Shown: positions 44,417 through 53,453 of the stretch, piece after piece
How positions within the stretch are numbered: the stretch's first letter is position 1
Layout of the letters: each line of letters opens with the position of its first letter
DNA from: Planctomycetota bacterium
GTDB taxonomy: Bacteria > Planctomycetota > B15-G4
Reading direction: 5' to 3'
Assembly (NCBI GenBank): GCA_965248575.1
Contig: CBDFJQ010000002.1
Location: 4,896,001 to 4,960,000 of the forward strand
DNA length: 64,000 nucleotides
Notes under the pieces: generated by a model
Told to the model about the DNA's origin: nothing
What the model saw: only the letters and a program-made list of their open reading frames with translations
Databases searched by the model: none
Program-made: the position numbers and the translations under genes

Positions 44417-46477
44417 ATGCATATGCAAGGTGTTGTCGTTGCGATCGCGCTTCTCTCAGGAGCGCTCGCCGCCCAACTCGACGACCTGCAGCCGGGACGA
44501 AACTTTCCCACCGCGGCTTCCGCCTTCGGGACGGGTCGTTCCGAAAACCTCGATGTAGGCGACGCCGACAACGATGGCGACATCGATGTGGTGGTGGCCA
44601 ACGGCGGCGACGGCTCGCCGCAACTGAACCCGCTCTACTTGAACCAGGGCGGCATTCAAGGCGGGGTCGAAGGGACCTTCCTCGACGTGACGGCGACTCG
44701 CATTCCTGGTGCGATCGTGGACACGAGTCGGGATGTCGATCTCGTGGACTGGGACGGCGACGGGGACCTGGACCTCTACGTCGCCAACCGTGGCACCACC
44801 GTGAACGGGGGTGAAGTGAGCCGCACCTACCTGAATCAGGGCGGCAAGGAGTCAGGTTCGATCGGCTTCTTCTCCGAGAACACGGCCAGCTTCTGGGGCA
44901 CCCTCGTGGACGTGCCCCTGGGCCAGGAGGATGGCGTCCAGGATGGGCAGGGCCCGTTCCGGGACTTCACCTGTGACTGCGAGTTCGCGGACATGGATGA
45001 CGACGGCGACCTGGACCTCTTCCACAGCAGCTATGGCCCTAACATCAACGGGGCCTTCACCAGCCGTGTGTTTCTGAACGACGGAGTGGGACGCTTCGAC
45101 GAACTCTGGCCTTGGGCGAACCCCACTGCCGACACGAAGATGCACACCTTCGACATCGACATCGCCGATTACGACGGGGACTTCGACCTCGATGTCTTTG
45201 CGAGCAGCCGCAACTCGCAGGCGCGCGTGTTCCGCAACAACCTGTCGGGCGGTGCTTGGGCGGGAGACCCGTTCACCGACATCACCGGGCCTGCCTTGCT
45301 CGACAATGGCGCGGCCCAGACGGGGGGAAGCAACTACGAGGTGGAGTTTGGCGACCTCGACGGGGATGGAGACTTCGACGTCTGGCTCATGAACTACAAC
45401 GGTTTCACCGACAAGTTGTTGCAGAACGACGGTGGTGAGTTCTTCGTCACGAACTGGATCAAGGGCGACCCCAACGTCGATGATGAAGAGGTCGACTTTC
45501 TCGACTACGACGGAGATGGAGATCTCGACACCTTCAACGCCAATTTCTCAGGCACGAACTACATCTATCAATCGAGCCTGGCCCAGGGGATCGCCTTCTC
45601 TGAGGGTGTCTTCCATCGCACCGGGACCGGCCTCGCACCCAACCCCGAAGCGCCATCCTCCGGCAATGGTTCGACGACCCTGGACGGTGAGTGTGCGGAC
45701 ATGGATGGCGATGGCGACACGGACATCCTGCTCGCGAACGACAACAACGCCCCCAACAAGTATTGGGAGAACACGCTGGGCGTCCCGGACACGCACGCCC
45801 CGGATTTCGCGGCGATCACGCAGCAGGGCAACAAGTCCGATGGCAGCGACACCATCATCCATGCCGTCGTGCTCGACAATGACCCCTACTACATCATCAC
45901 CTTCCATGACGTCGACCTGTTCTACAGCGTCGGCGGTGGGGCCGAGACCTGCGTGCAGATGTGGCACCAAGGCGGGCAACAGTTCCGGGCGGTCATCCCC
46001 GGCGAGCTGGACGGCACGATCAGCTACCGCGTCGAAGCCACCGATGGCAACGGGAACACGGGCGCAAGCGCTGCGGCCAACTACGTCCAGACCAGCGCCG
46101 GCACACCGCTTTGGGAGAACCTGGGCTGTGGCACCAGCGGGGTGTCCGGCGATGTCTACCTGTCGCTGTCGGGCGACCAAGTGGCGGGACAGAGCGTCAG
46201 CCTGCGGCTCAGAGACGCGGCACCGAGTGCCTTCTTCCTCACTTGGCTGTCGTTCAGCTCGACACCCTTCCAGGCCTTGGGCGGTGACGTGTACGCCTTC
46301 CCCTTCACGACACAGGTCCTGGCGGCGACGGATGCCGCGGGAATGTTTGACGCCTCGACCACCTGGCCGCCGGGCGTTCCCTCTGGCACACAGACCTACT
46401 GGCAGTCCATCGTGCAGGATGCCTCCTCGATCCACGGGCTCGTGCTGTCCAACGCAGTCAGGGGCACCTCGCCCTGA
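44417..46477 (+). CDS. Secreted FG-GAP/VCBS-repeat beta-propeller protein with Ig-like and C-terminal domains
   Basis: GGAGAG RBS and signal peptide; seven DxDxDGDxD motifs (DADNDGDID, DWDGDGDLD, DMDDDGDLD, DYDGDFDLD, DLDGDGDFD, DYDGDGDLD, DMDGDGDTD). Confidence 0.88.
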   Translation: MHMQGVVVAIALLSGALAAQLDDLQPGRNFPTAASAFGTGRSENLDVGDADNDGDIDVVVANGGDGSPQLNPLYLNQGGIQGGVEGTFLDVTATRIPGAIVDTSRDVDLVDWDGDGDLDLYVANRGTTVNGGEVSRTYLNQGGKESGSIGFFSENTASFWGTLVDVPLGQEDGVQDGQGPFRDFTCDCEFADMDDDGDLDLFHSSYGPNINGAFTSRVFLNDGVGRFDELWPWANPTADTKMHTFDIDIADYDGDFDLDVFASSRNSQARVFRNNLSGGAWAGDPFTDITGPALLDNGAAQTGGSNYEVEFGDLDGDGDFDVWLMNYNGFTDKLLQNDGGEFFVTNWIKGDPNVDDEEVDFLDYDGDGDLDTFNANFSGTNYIYQSSLAQGIAFSEGVFHRTGTGLAPNPEAPSSGNGSTTLDGECADMDGDGDTDILLANDNNAPNKYWENTLGVPDTHAPDFAAITQQGNKSDGSDTIIHAVVLDNDPYYIITFHDVDLFYSVGGGAETCVQMWHQGGQQFRAVIPGELDGTISYRVEATDGNGNTGASAAANYVQTSAGTPLWENLGCGTSGVSGDVYLSLSGDQVAGQSVSLRLRDAAPSAFFLTWLSFSSTPFQALGGDVYAFPFTTQVLAATDAAGMFDASTTWPPGVPSGTQTYWQSIVQDASSIHGLVLSNAVRGTSP

Positions 46478-46682
46478 GGCAGCCCCGCCTCGGCCTGCTC
46501 TGCTAGACTTCGGGGCGACATCATCGTCGGAGTCGCGGGGCCACGTGTGCGCCACCGCCCGACCACGATCTCTTGAAGGGCACGGTTGTGGCCCGGGCAT
46601 CTGCAGGGCCCCCTTCAGGAACAGTCCGCGACGAGTCTGAGGTTCTCCAACCGGCACTGGCGCGGGAGAGGGAGTCCTTCCG

Positions 46683-48722
46683 ATGTGTGATCGACCTGGA
46701 TCTGTGGGCCGCCTTGTGCGTGTTTCGTCGCTTGTGGTTGTGTGGTTCTGGCTGAGCCTCCCAGGGGTTGGTGCCTTCGCTGCCGTCTCCACTGACGTCC
46801 CGGCGGGCGAGCTGCGAGGGGGCCTGGACGGACAGGGCGCATGGGCAGCCCTCTTGGAGTTCCTGGACCGGGATGGGGATGGACTGCTCTCCCGCTACGA
46901 GGGTGCCGAAGCGTTCTTGCACCTGGTCTCCGAAGCCGATGGGAACGGCGACGGCGTGCTCCATGAGCAGGAGGCCCTGAGCTTCTTCAAGACGAGTCGG
47001 GAGGAGGAAGAGGCCGAGCGCCTGGAATTCCTGGATGAGCTGGACGCGGATCGGGACGCTGCCCTCTCGCTCTCGGAATTTCCGGATGAGCTACGCCCTT
47101 CCTTCCCGCAGGTCGATGTCGATGGGGATGGTCGGATCACGGCAAGCGAGCTGCTGTCTGCAGAGGATCTGGGCGATCCCGTGCAGCTGTTCGAGCAGGA
47201 GTTGCTGATGTTCCTGAGCAGTGTCGATGCCGATGGGGATGGTTCGTTTGGGCTCGACGACCTGCCGCCCGAGGGCCGCATGGAGTTCGAGCAGGAGTTC
47301 CGTCGGCTGGATCTCAACGGGAATGACCTGCTGAGCGAGCAAGAACTCCTGGCCTTGGTGCGTGAGGAGCTGCAAGGCGCCAGCTTCGAAGTCCGAGGCC
47401 ATTTGGCCGTAGTGACGGGTGTGCTGGGAGCATCCACCCCGGGGCGCCTGCTGGAGCTTGCGCTGGAGCACCCCGAAGTTGACACCTTGGTGTTGCATGA
47501 CGTGCCGGGGTCCATCGACGATGAGTCGAACCTGCGCGCTGCCCGCTTCGTGCGTCGTTTGGGTTACGCCACCCATGTTCCCGCCGATGGCACGGTGGCT
47601 TCGGGGGGGACGGATTTCTTTCTCGCAGGTGCGACGAGGACGGCCGAGACCGGTGCCCGATTCGGTGTGCACTCGTGGGGAGGGCTCGGCGAGGAGGGTT
47701 CGCTCGTCCCCGCCGACGATCCCGAGCACGAGAAGTACCTGAGCTTCTATCGCGACATGGCGATTCCTGAAGCTTTCTACTGGTTCACGCTGCACGCGGC
47801 GTCCGCCGAGGACATCCACTGGATGACCCCCGTCGAGCTCGAGCGCTTCCGGGTGCTCAGCACGGGTTCAGGCCCCGAGCCTGCCGCGCCCCAGACCGCC
47901 CTGGCGAAGGTCGGCGGGTGCGTCCTGGCCGCGCCGGCGGCCACGGCGCCCGAGGACCTCTTTCACGTAGGTCGCGTGCTCCAGAAGGAGGAGCTGGCCC
48001 CCTTGTCCAAGACGCTCATGGCTTGTGGCATCGAACTGGCTGCGGAGCAGGAGGTGCCGGACGTGTTTCTGGAGCGGGTCGGTGCGGTCGTTGCTGAGAT
48101 CTTCCGTGTGACGGAGAGCACGGACGAGCGGCTCCAACAGTCCGTGATGAAGCACCTCTATGAGTACAAGGCCTTGCTGCCCGTGCCTCGCAGCGAGGAG
48201 AGTCTCGCTCGCTTGGAGCGCAACCACGCTCAGGTGTTCGAGGAGCTGGAGGCGTCCCACAGCGTGTGCGACATCATCATGGCGGAGGTCCCGAGGGGGC
48301 TCGTCATGGAGGTCGTGGAGCATGTCCTGCACACCGTCAGCGACGTGGGTCTTCACGTCAGCTTCCCGGAGGCATGGGGCCTCGACCGCGGCTCGCTGCT
48401 CTGGGCCGCCATGCAGGAGGCCATTCAAGCGGGACACTACGACGTGACCTCCTACGACTATTTGGACGGAGCGCCCCAAGACGTCGTGGACCGCATCCTC
48501 CTGCAGGAGTTCGCGTACTGGTTCATCACCACGGCTTGGGACTTGCAAGGGGACTACGGGCCCGACGAAGACGAGTGGACCGTGCGCGACCCCAGAGAGC
48601 TGCGGGCTGCAATGCCGGAGTTCTATGCCGTCTATGAGCGCACGGCCGGGCGCGTTCTGTCGGCCCCCAGGCCGCAGACGCTCGCGGCCATCGGCCCGAC
48701 GCGAGCTGAAGAAGGCCGCTAG
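46683..48722 (+). CDS. EF-hand repeat protein fused to a ClpP/crotonase-like domain and a further C-terminal domain
   Basis: Six DxDxD-type loops (DRDGDGLLSRYE, DGNGDGVLHEQE, DADRDAALSLSE, DVDGDGRITASE, DADGDGSFGLDD, DLNGNDLLSEQE); PGSIDD..N, ASGGTDFFLAG and GVHSW. Confidence 0.75.
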   Translation: MCDRPGSVGRLVRVSSLVVVWFWLSLPGVGAFAAVSTDVPAGELRGGLDGQGAWAALLEFLDRDGDGLLSRYEGAEAFLHLVSEADGNGDGVLHEQEALSFFKTSREEEEAERLEFLDELDADRDAALSLSEFPDELRPSFPQVDVDGDGRITASELLSAEDLGDPVQLFEQELLMFLSSVDADGDGSFGLDDLPPEGRMEFEQEFRRLDLNGNDLLSEQELLALVREELQGASFEVRGHLAVVTGVLGASTPGRLLELALEHPEVDTLVLHDVPGSIDDESNLRAARFVRRLGYATHVPADGTVASGGTDFFLAGATRTAETGARFGVHSWGGLGEEGSLVPADDPEHEKYLSFYRDMAIPEAFYWFTLHAASAEDIHWMTPVELERFRVLSTGSGPEPAAPQTALAKVGGCVLAAPAATAPEDLFHVGRVLQKEELAPLSKTLMACGIELAAEQEVPDVFLERVGAVVAEIFRVTESTDERLQQSVMKHLYEYKALLPVPRSEESLARLERNHAQVFEELEASHSVCDIIMAEVPRGLVMEVVEHVLHTVSDVGLHVSFPEAWGLDRGSLLWAAMQEAIQAGHYDVTSYDYLDGAPQDVVDRILLQEFAYWFITTAWDLQGDYGPDEDEWTVRDPRELRAAMPEFYAVYERTAGRVLSAPRPQTLAAIGPTRAEEGR

Positions 48723-48730
48723 GATCAGGC

Positions 48731-50365
48731 TCAGTCCAGGAGTCCGGCCGCCTCCAGGGTCGCGGGCGTGACAAGCGCGCCGGCCTCCAGACCCAGAGAG
48801 GCTTCCATGTCTTCGACTTCTGTCAGCACGCGCCCGGGAAGTTTTGCAGCGACCGGCTCGGATCGGGAGCTGGCGAGCGCGAGCAGACGGCGTGCCTCTT
48901 CGGGCTGTTCGCGAAGGAGTGCGTAGCAGATTTCTCCTGTCAGTGCGGCCAGGGTGTACTTGCTGTCTGCTGCCCAGAAACCCTCGCCGTGGGGGAGGGC
49001 GGCACCAGCCTTGGGCGCCTCACCGATGTAGCCCAGGGCCCGCAAGCTCTCGAGCATCTCCTCCTCGTCCGCGTCCCCCACAGGGGTGGCGTGCGAGACG
49101 GCTTCCCAGGTGCTGTCCCAACGCGCCACGCGGGCGATGGGGCGCTCGTCGAGGAATCCCCCTCGGAACACACCAGCTTCGATGCGGCCCGGCAACTCGT
49201 CGGACACGGGAAGGTTCAGGAGGCTTGCGAGCAAGGGCACGACATCGATGGTGGTCAGCCCCGTGATGCTGCCCGGGGCGATGTCCGGCCCCGCGGCCAG
49301 GAAAAGGCCATCGGGGCGGTGGTGCCCGCTCAGGACGATGCCTTTGTTGTCCCGCTCGGCCACGCCGTCCCGAGCCGATCCGAAGCCGTGGTCCGAGACG
49401 ACCACGACATTGACGTCGCCCTGATAGCAGGCGAGCAAATCGCCCAGGGCCTCATCGATGACCCGGTAGGCCTCGGGGATGACGTCGCCCAACAAGGCTT
49501 TCTCCGAGTCGCTCGCAGGGGTCTTGAAGTCCGTATCGTCGTAGGCGCGCCAACTTGCATGGGAGGCGTGATCCACGATGCGGAAGTAGCTTGTGAAGAA
49601 GTCGAAGCGCTCGGTACTCAGGGCTTCCACGGACAGGCGGCGGATCGCTTCGTCGCGCACGGCGACCGAGTCGACGCGGCCGGCCATGATGCCCGTTGCG
49701 TGCGCGTAGGGGCTGGTGGGGTCCAGGGCGTCTGCTGCGTCGTAGTTCCAAGGGAACATCCGGTCGTAGAGCGCTTGGGTCGCTGCGGGGGCTTCCAACT
49801 CACGCAGCGTTCGGGTCAGTTCAAACCGCAGTCGCTGTGGATGGGTGGCGCCGGGAGTTCCGGCGATGAACCGGTCGGAGATCATGACGCCGTTCACCAC
49901 TTCTGCTGGGTGACTGACGTACCAACCGATGACGCCTACGGTCTTCCCGTGATCCGAGGCGATGTTCCAGAGCGCGGGGTCCTGGCGCAGGTCGGAGCTC
50001 ACGGGGCGCGGCGTCGCCTGGTCAGAGAAGGGGTAGGTGAAGCCGAGGATGCCGTGGCTGCGAGCGAAGGTCCCCGTGGCAAGGGTGGTCCAGACCACAG
50101 GCGACGATTGCGGTGCCATGGACAGCAGCGGGCCACGTATGCCGCGTTCGATCAGGCCCCTGAAGTTGGGCAGTTCGCCCTGGGCCAGCATGGGGTCCAT
50201 GACGTCCCAGGTGGCCCCATCGACTGCGACGAGCAGCAGGGGAGTTGAGGTCTCTTCGGCCCCACAGGCGCAGCCGAGTACCAGGACCAAGCCTGCAGCC
50301 ACGAGGCGGAGTGCGTGCGTGCTGGAGCTGAGGTCACGGAAGCGCGGTGGGCATGCGAAACCCAT
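48731..50365 (-). CDS. Alkaline phosphatase superfamily (phosphodiesterase/sulfatase-like) protein
   Basis: VAVDGATW, SPVVWTTLATG, DHASH, VVSDHGF, GHHRPDG and LRALGY. Confidence 0.88.
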   Translation of the reverse strand: MGFACPPRFRDLSSSTHALRLVAAGLVLVLGCACGAEETSTPLLLVAVDGATWDVMDPMLAQGELPNFRGLIERGIRGPLLSMAPQSSPVVWTTLATGTFARSHGILGFTYPFSDQATPRPVSSDLRQDPALWNIASDHGKTVGVIGWYVSHPAEVVNGVMISDRFIAGTPGATHPQRLRFELTRTLRELEAPAATQALYDRMFPWNYDAADALDPTSPYAHATGIMAGRVDSVAVRDEAIRRLSVEALSTERFDFFTSYFRIVDHASHASWRAYDDTDFKTPASDSEKALLGDVIPEAYRVIDEALGDLLACYQGDVNVVVVSDHGFGSARDGVAERDNKGIVLSGHHRPDGLFLAAGPDIAPGSITGLTTIDVVPLLASLLNLPVSDELPGRIEAGVFRGGFLDERPIARVARWDSTWEAVSHATPVGDADEEEMLESLRALGYIGEAPKAGAALPHGEGFWAADSKYTLAALTGEICYALLREQPEEARRLLALASSRSEPVAAKLPGRVLTEVEDMEASLGLEAGALVTPATLEAAGLLD

Positions 50366-50397
50366 GGACGAACTCTCGGTGGGCGGAGCCGGGATCC

Positions 50398-50424
50398 AAA
50401 ACGAAAGCTCCCCCGGGGGGAGCT
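50398..50424 (-). terminator. Intrinsic terminator-like hairpin after the distal tail-collar gene
   Basis: AGCTCCCC-N3-GGGGAGCT followed on the minus strand by TTCGTTTT. Confidence 0.6.
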
Positions 50425-50511
50425 ACCAACTGAGGGTAGCTCACCAGCCCGGGGGAGACGATCCGCCCGAAGGAGTCGCTGCGCGGAGACGAATCGCCGC
50501 CCATCGAACCG

Positions 50512-51030
50512 TTAGCTACGCGAGGGGTAGATGCCCTGGAGCGCGATCACATAGGTAATGGTCAGGTACGGCATCATGTTGTCATGGGCGCCACTGCCAC
50601 CCGTTTCGTTCACGATGTCTGCATTCATGGTGGCGGCTCCCGAGGGCCCGTACAGGTCGTCCGTGGTGGCGCGGGTCTTGGCGTTGAACATTCCTGCGGG
50701 GTCATCCGAGTTGCCCCGTTCAGCAGCGCAGCGGAAGCCATGGCGGTGTGCCGGCATCTGTGCGCTGGTCAAGGTGACCGTCTGCTCGCCGCCCTTGGAG
50801 CCGAGACTGCGCGTCGAGAGACCAGGGCCCGTCCCCTCGTGGATGGGTGCTCGGCCTCGCAGATCAGGCAGTGCGAACGTGCTCTTCCCGTCGCCGCCGT
50901 AGGTCGTGCCGAGAATCGAGAAGAGCGACGTATTCGAGCTGATGGACAAGAGCTGCCCATCACAGTTGGCCCAGCCGCGAGGTGCGAAGTTGCCGCCAAA
51001 CATCATGATCTGACCAATGAATGGATCCAT
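50512..51030 (-). CDS. Phage tail-collar domain / microcystin-dependent-protein-like protein, copy 2
   Basis: MDPFIGQIMMFGGNFAPRGWANCDGQLL..LFSILGTTYGGDG..FALPDLRGR, MPAHRH, H.NM.PYL...IALQGIYPSR; AGGAGG RBS. Confidence 0.92.
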   Translation of the reverse strand: MDPFIGQIMMFGGNFAPRGWANCDGQLLSISSNTSLFSILGTTYGGDGKSTFALPDLRGRAPIHEGTGPGLSTRSLGSKGGEQTVTLTSAQMPAHRHGFRCAAERGNSDDPAGMFNAKTRATTDDLYGPSGAATMNADIVNETGGSGAHDNMMPYLTITYVIALQGIYPSRS

Positions 51031-51146
51031 GAGATCCTCCTGGGTGCCTAAGGGGTGGGGTTCAACTGAGGTAGCTCGCCAGCCCGGGGGAGACGATCCG
51101 CCCGAAGGAATGGCTGCGCGGAGACGAATCGCCGCCCATCGAACCG

Positions 51147-51665
51147 TTAGTTGCGTGAGGGGTAGATGCCCTGGAGCGCGATCACGTAGGTGACGGTCAG
51201 GTACGGCATCATGTTGTCGTGGGCACCGCTACCACCCGTTTCGTTCACGATGTCTGCATTCATGGTGGCGGCTCCCGAGGGCCCGTACAGGTCGTCCGTG
51301 GTGGCGCGGGTCTTGGCGTTGAACATTCCTGCGGGGTCATCCGAGTTGCCCCGTTCAGCAGCGCAGCGGAAGCCATGGCGGTGTGCCGGCATCTGTGCGC
51401 TGGTCAAGGTGACCGTCTGCTCGCCGCCCTTGGAGCCGAGACTGCGCGTCGAGAGACCAGGGCCCGTCCCCTCGTGGATGGGTGCTCGGCCTCGCAGATC
51501 AGGCAGTGCGAACGTGCTCTTCCCGTCGCCGCCGTAGGTCGTGCCGAGAATCGAGAAGAGCGACGTATTCGAGCTGATGGACAAGAGCTGCCCATCACAG
51601 TTGGCCCAGCCGCGAGGTGCGAAGTTGCCGCCAAACATCATGATCTGACCAATGAATGGATCCAT
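51147..51665 (-). CDS. Phage tail-collar domain / microcystin-dependent-protein-like protein, copy 1
   Basis: Same motifs as copy 2; the proteins differ at only 2 of 172 aa (V/I near the end, terminal N/S). Confidence 0.92.
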   Translation of the reverse strand: MDPFIGQIMMFGGNFAPRGWANCDGQLLSISSNTSLFSILGTTYGGDGKSTFALPDLRGRAPIHEGTGPGLSTRSLGSKGGEQTVTLTSAQMPAHRHGFRCAAERGNSDDPAGMFNAKTRATTDDLYGPSGAATMNADIVNETGGSGAHDNMMPYLTVTYVIALQGIYPSRN

Positions 51666-51793
51666 GAGATCCTCCTGGGTCGTAAGGGGTGGGGGGGTGT
51701 TGGGGGAAAGTCAGGAAGGTGCGGAAATGAGCCCAGGACCTCAGCCCCTGCGTACCTGAGAGCCCTTCCTGCGTTCAATGAAGGGGCAGCGAC

Positions 51794-52717
51794 CTACCGA
51801 TTCGAAGCCAGATTGTTGGTCCAAATGTAGAGCCTGCCGTCCGGCATGGCGCTGACGCGCGCCGCGACGACGGGCCTGCCCCGTTCGTCCACAGGCTGGA
51901 AGCGTCCTTCGAACTCCCCGTCCTCAGCGAACACGTGCACCCGGTCGTGGGAGGGGTCCGTGATGAAGATGCGCCCCTGGTCATCGCTGGCAATGGACGT
52001 GGGCGAGAGGAGCTTGCCCCGCTTCTTGCCGTATCCGGCGTACTTGAAGAGGGGTTTGCCGTCGGTCTTGAACACGCGCACCTTGGCGTCACCCGCATCC
52101 AGAACATGCACGCGACCCTTCTGGTCAATGGCAAGACCGCGCGGTCCATTGAGATGGCCATCTTTGTCACTGCTGATGTCGCTGTCCTGACCGATGGCGC
52201 CCACCAGCTTGCCCTTCATGTTGAAGACCGCGACGCGGTGGTGAAGGGTGTCGCTCACATAGAGACGGTTGCCGCTCACGGCCAGGTCGCGGGGCATGAA
52301 CAGGCCGCCCTGCTCCGGGCTCCCGTCGGCGAGAACGTCGTGGTGCTGACCGTCGGAATTGAAGACTTGGACCCGACCGTTGCCTTGGTCAAGCACGAAC
52401 AGCTGGCCGTTTTCTGAAACGGTGGCGTCGATGGGTTGGTTCAGCTTCCCAGGGTTGCTGCCCAGGCTCGCGAATGTCCCGACGGCCTTGCCCTTCTTGT
52501 TCAGTCGGATGATCTGGTGCCCGTCCACATCCAGGATGTAGGCGGGTCCCTTGTCGTCGAAAATGACGTGATCGCTGCCAACTGTGTAGGGGCCAGGGTC
52601 ATACCGACCGCGGGAGTTCGACGAGCGTGGGCTCGAACACCCTGTGACTGTCAGCGGTGCGAGGCATGCCACGGCTGCAGCACTGCTCGAGATCCCGATG
52701 AATTTCCGACGATCCAT
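51794..52717 (-). CDS. Tat-exported NHL-repeat (6-bladed beta-propeller) lipoprotein
   Basis: MDRRKF twin-arginine signal with lipobox VTGC; NHL repeats LNQPID..DQGNGRVQVF, FMPRD..DTLHHRVAVF, LNGPRG..DAG and LSPTS..DPSHDRVHVF. Confidence 0.88.
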   Translation of the reverse strand: MDRRKFIGISSSAAAVACLAPLTVTGCSSPRSSNSRGRYDPGPYTVGSDHVIFDDKGPAYILDVDGHQIIRLNKKGKAVGTFASLGSNPGKLNQPIDATVSENGQLFVLDQGNGRVQVFNSDGQHHDVLADGSPEQGGLFMPRDLAVSGNRLYVSDTLHHRVAVFNMKGKLVGAIGQDSDISSDKDGHLNGPRGLAIDQKGRVHVLDAGDAKVRVFKTDGKPLFKYAGYGKKRGKLLSPTSIASDDQGRIFITDPSHDRVHVFAEDGEFEGRFQPVDERGRPVVAARVSAMPDGRLYIWTNNLASNR

Positions 52718-52899
52718 GATGGCACCCCCTTGATGAATGGATGGGTGTCCGGCAGGTCGGATGGACGACGTGCCCGACGCTGGATGGTGACGCGTTGCCC
52801 GGGCTCCACCCTCGCGTCACTCCCTCTTGGGTAGCGACCTTATCACGCTCCCGCGATGCGGGGGGTTGTGGCCGCGCAGTAGCCGGACGATGCGGACGT

Positions 52900-53376
52900 C
52901 TAGGGGACCAGCGGTCGCATGGGTGCCTTCAAATGTTCGAACACCAGTGCAGTTTCGATGTGAGCGACTTCGTCTTGGCTGGAGAAGTGATCCATGACCA
53001 GGACACGCAGATGCTCCTGGTTGCGGACGACGACGTGTACGAGCAGATCCTGGCTGCCGCTGACGTGCAGGACCTGAAGCACCTCGGGAAGCGCAGCGAG
53101 CCGGTCGCGCATGGTTTCGATGGTTCGCCGACCGTGACGGCCCAGTTGGACCGAGATCATGGCTGCCAGGCCGACGTTCATGGCGACGGGCGAAACGTCG
53201 GCATGGAAGCCGGTCAGCACTCCGGTCTCGATCAGTCGACGAACCCTCACAAGGCAACTGGAGGGTGCCAGGTCCACGTGGGCCGCGAGCTCCTTGTTAC
53301 TCAGCCGAGCATCCTTCTGCAAAGCTGAGATCAGAGCGAAGTCGATTCGATCGAGACTGTTGAATTCAGTACTCAT
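52900..53376 (-). CDS. Lrp/AsnC family transcriptional regulator
   Basis: LDRIDFALISALQKDARLSNKELAAHVDLAPSSCLVRVRRL and HVSGSQDLL. Confidence 0.95.
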   Translation of the reverse strand: MSTEFNSLDRIDFALISALQKDARLSNKELAAHVDLAPSSCLVRVRRLIETGVLTGFHADVSPVAMNVGLAAMISVQLGRHGRRTIETMRDRLAALPEVLQVLHVSGSQDLLVHVVVRNQEHLRVLVMDHFSSQDEVAHIETALVFEHLKAPMRPLVP

Positions 53377-53453
53377 GGCAAAGTCTATTCGTTGGCTGTT
53401 CTGTTCATGTGAGTCCATTCTTAGCACATATCCACCCATTTGAGGATCTGGAC

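Larger units (their letters stand above)
50427..51695. repeat. Tandem duplication, 2 x ~635 bp (tail-collar gene + RBS + 3' UTR)
   Basis: 50427-51060 vs 51063-51695; 50597-51045 appears identical to 51232-51680. Confidence 0.92.

Noticed and set aside
50512..51665. Diversity-generating retroelement (near-identical repeats differing at the 3' end of a tail-fibre-like gene)
   Set aside because: No reverse transcriptase in the window, differences are mostly silent and not restricted to adenines of one copy, and both copies are complete genes.
50512..52717. Prophage or tailocin
   Set aside because: No integrase, capsid, terminase, sheath, tube, baseplate or lysis genes; the flanks are ordinary chromosomal genes.
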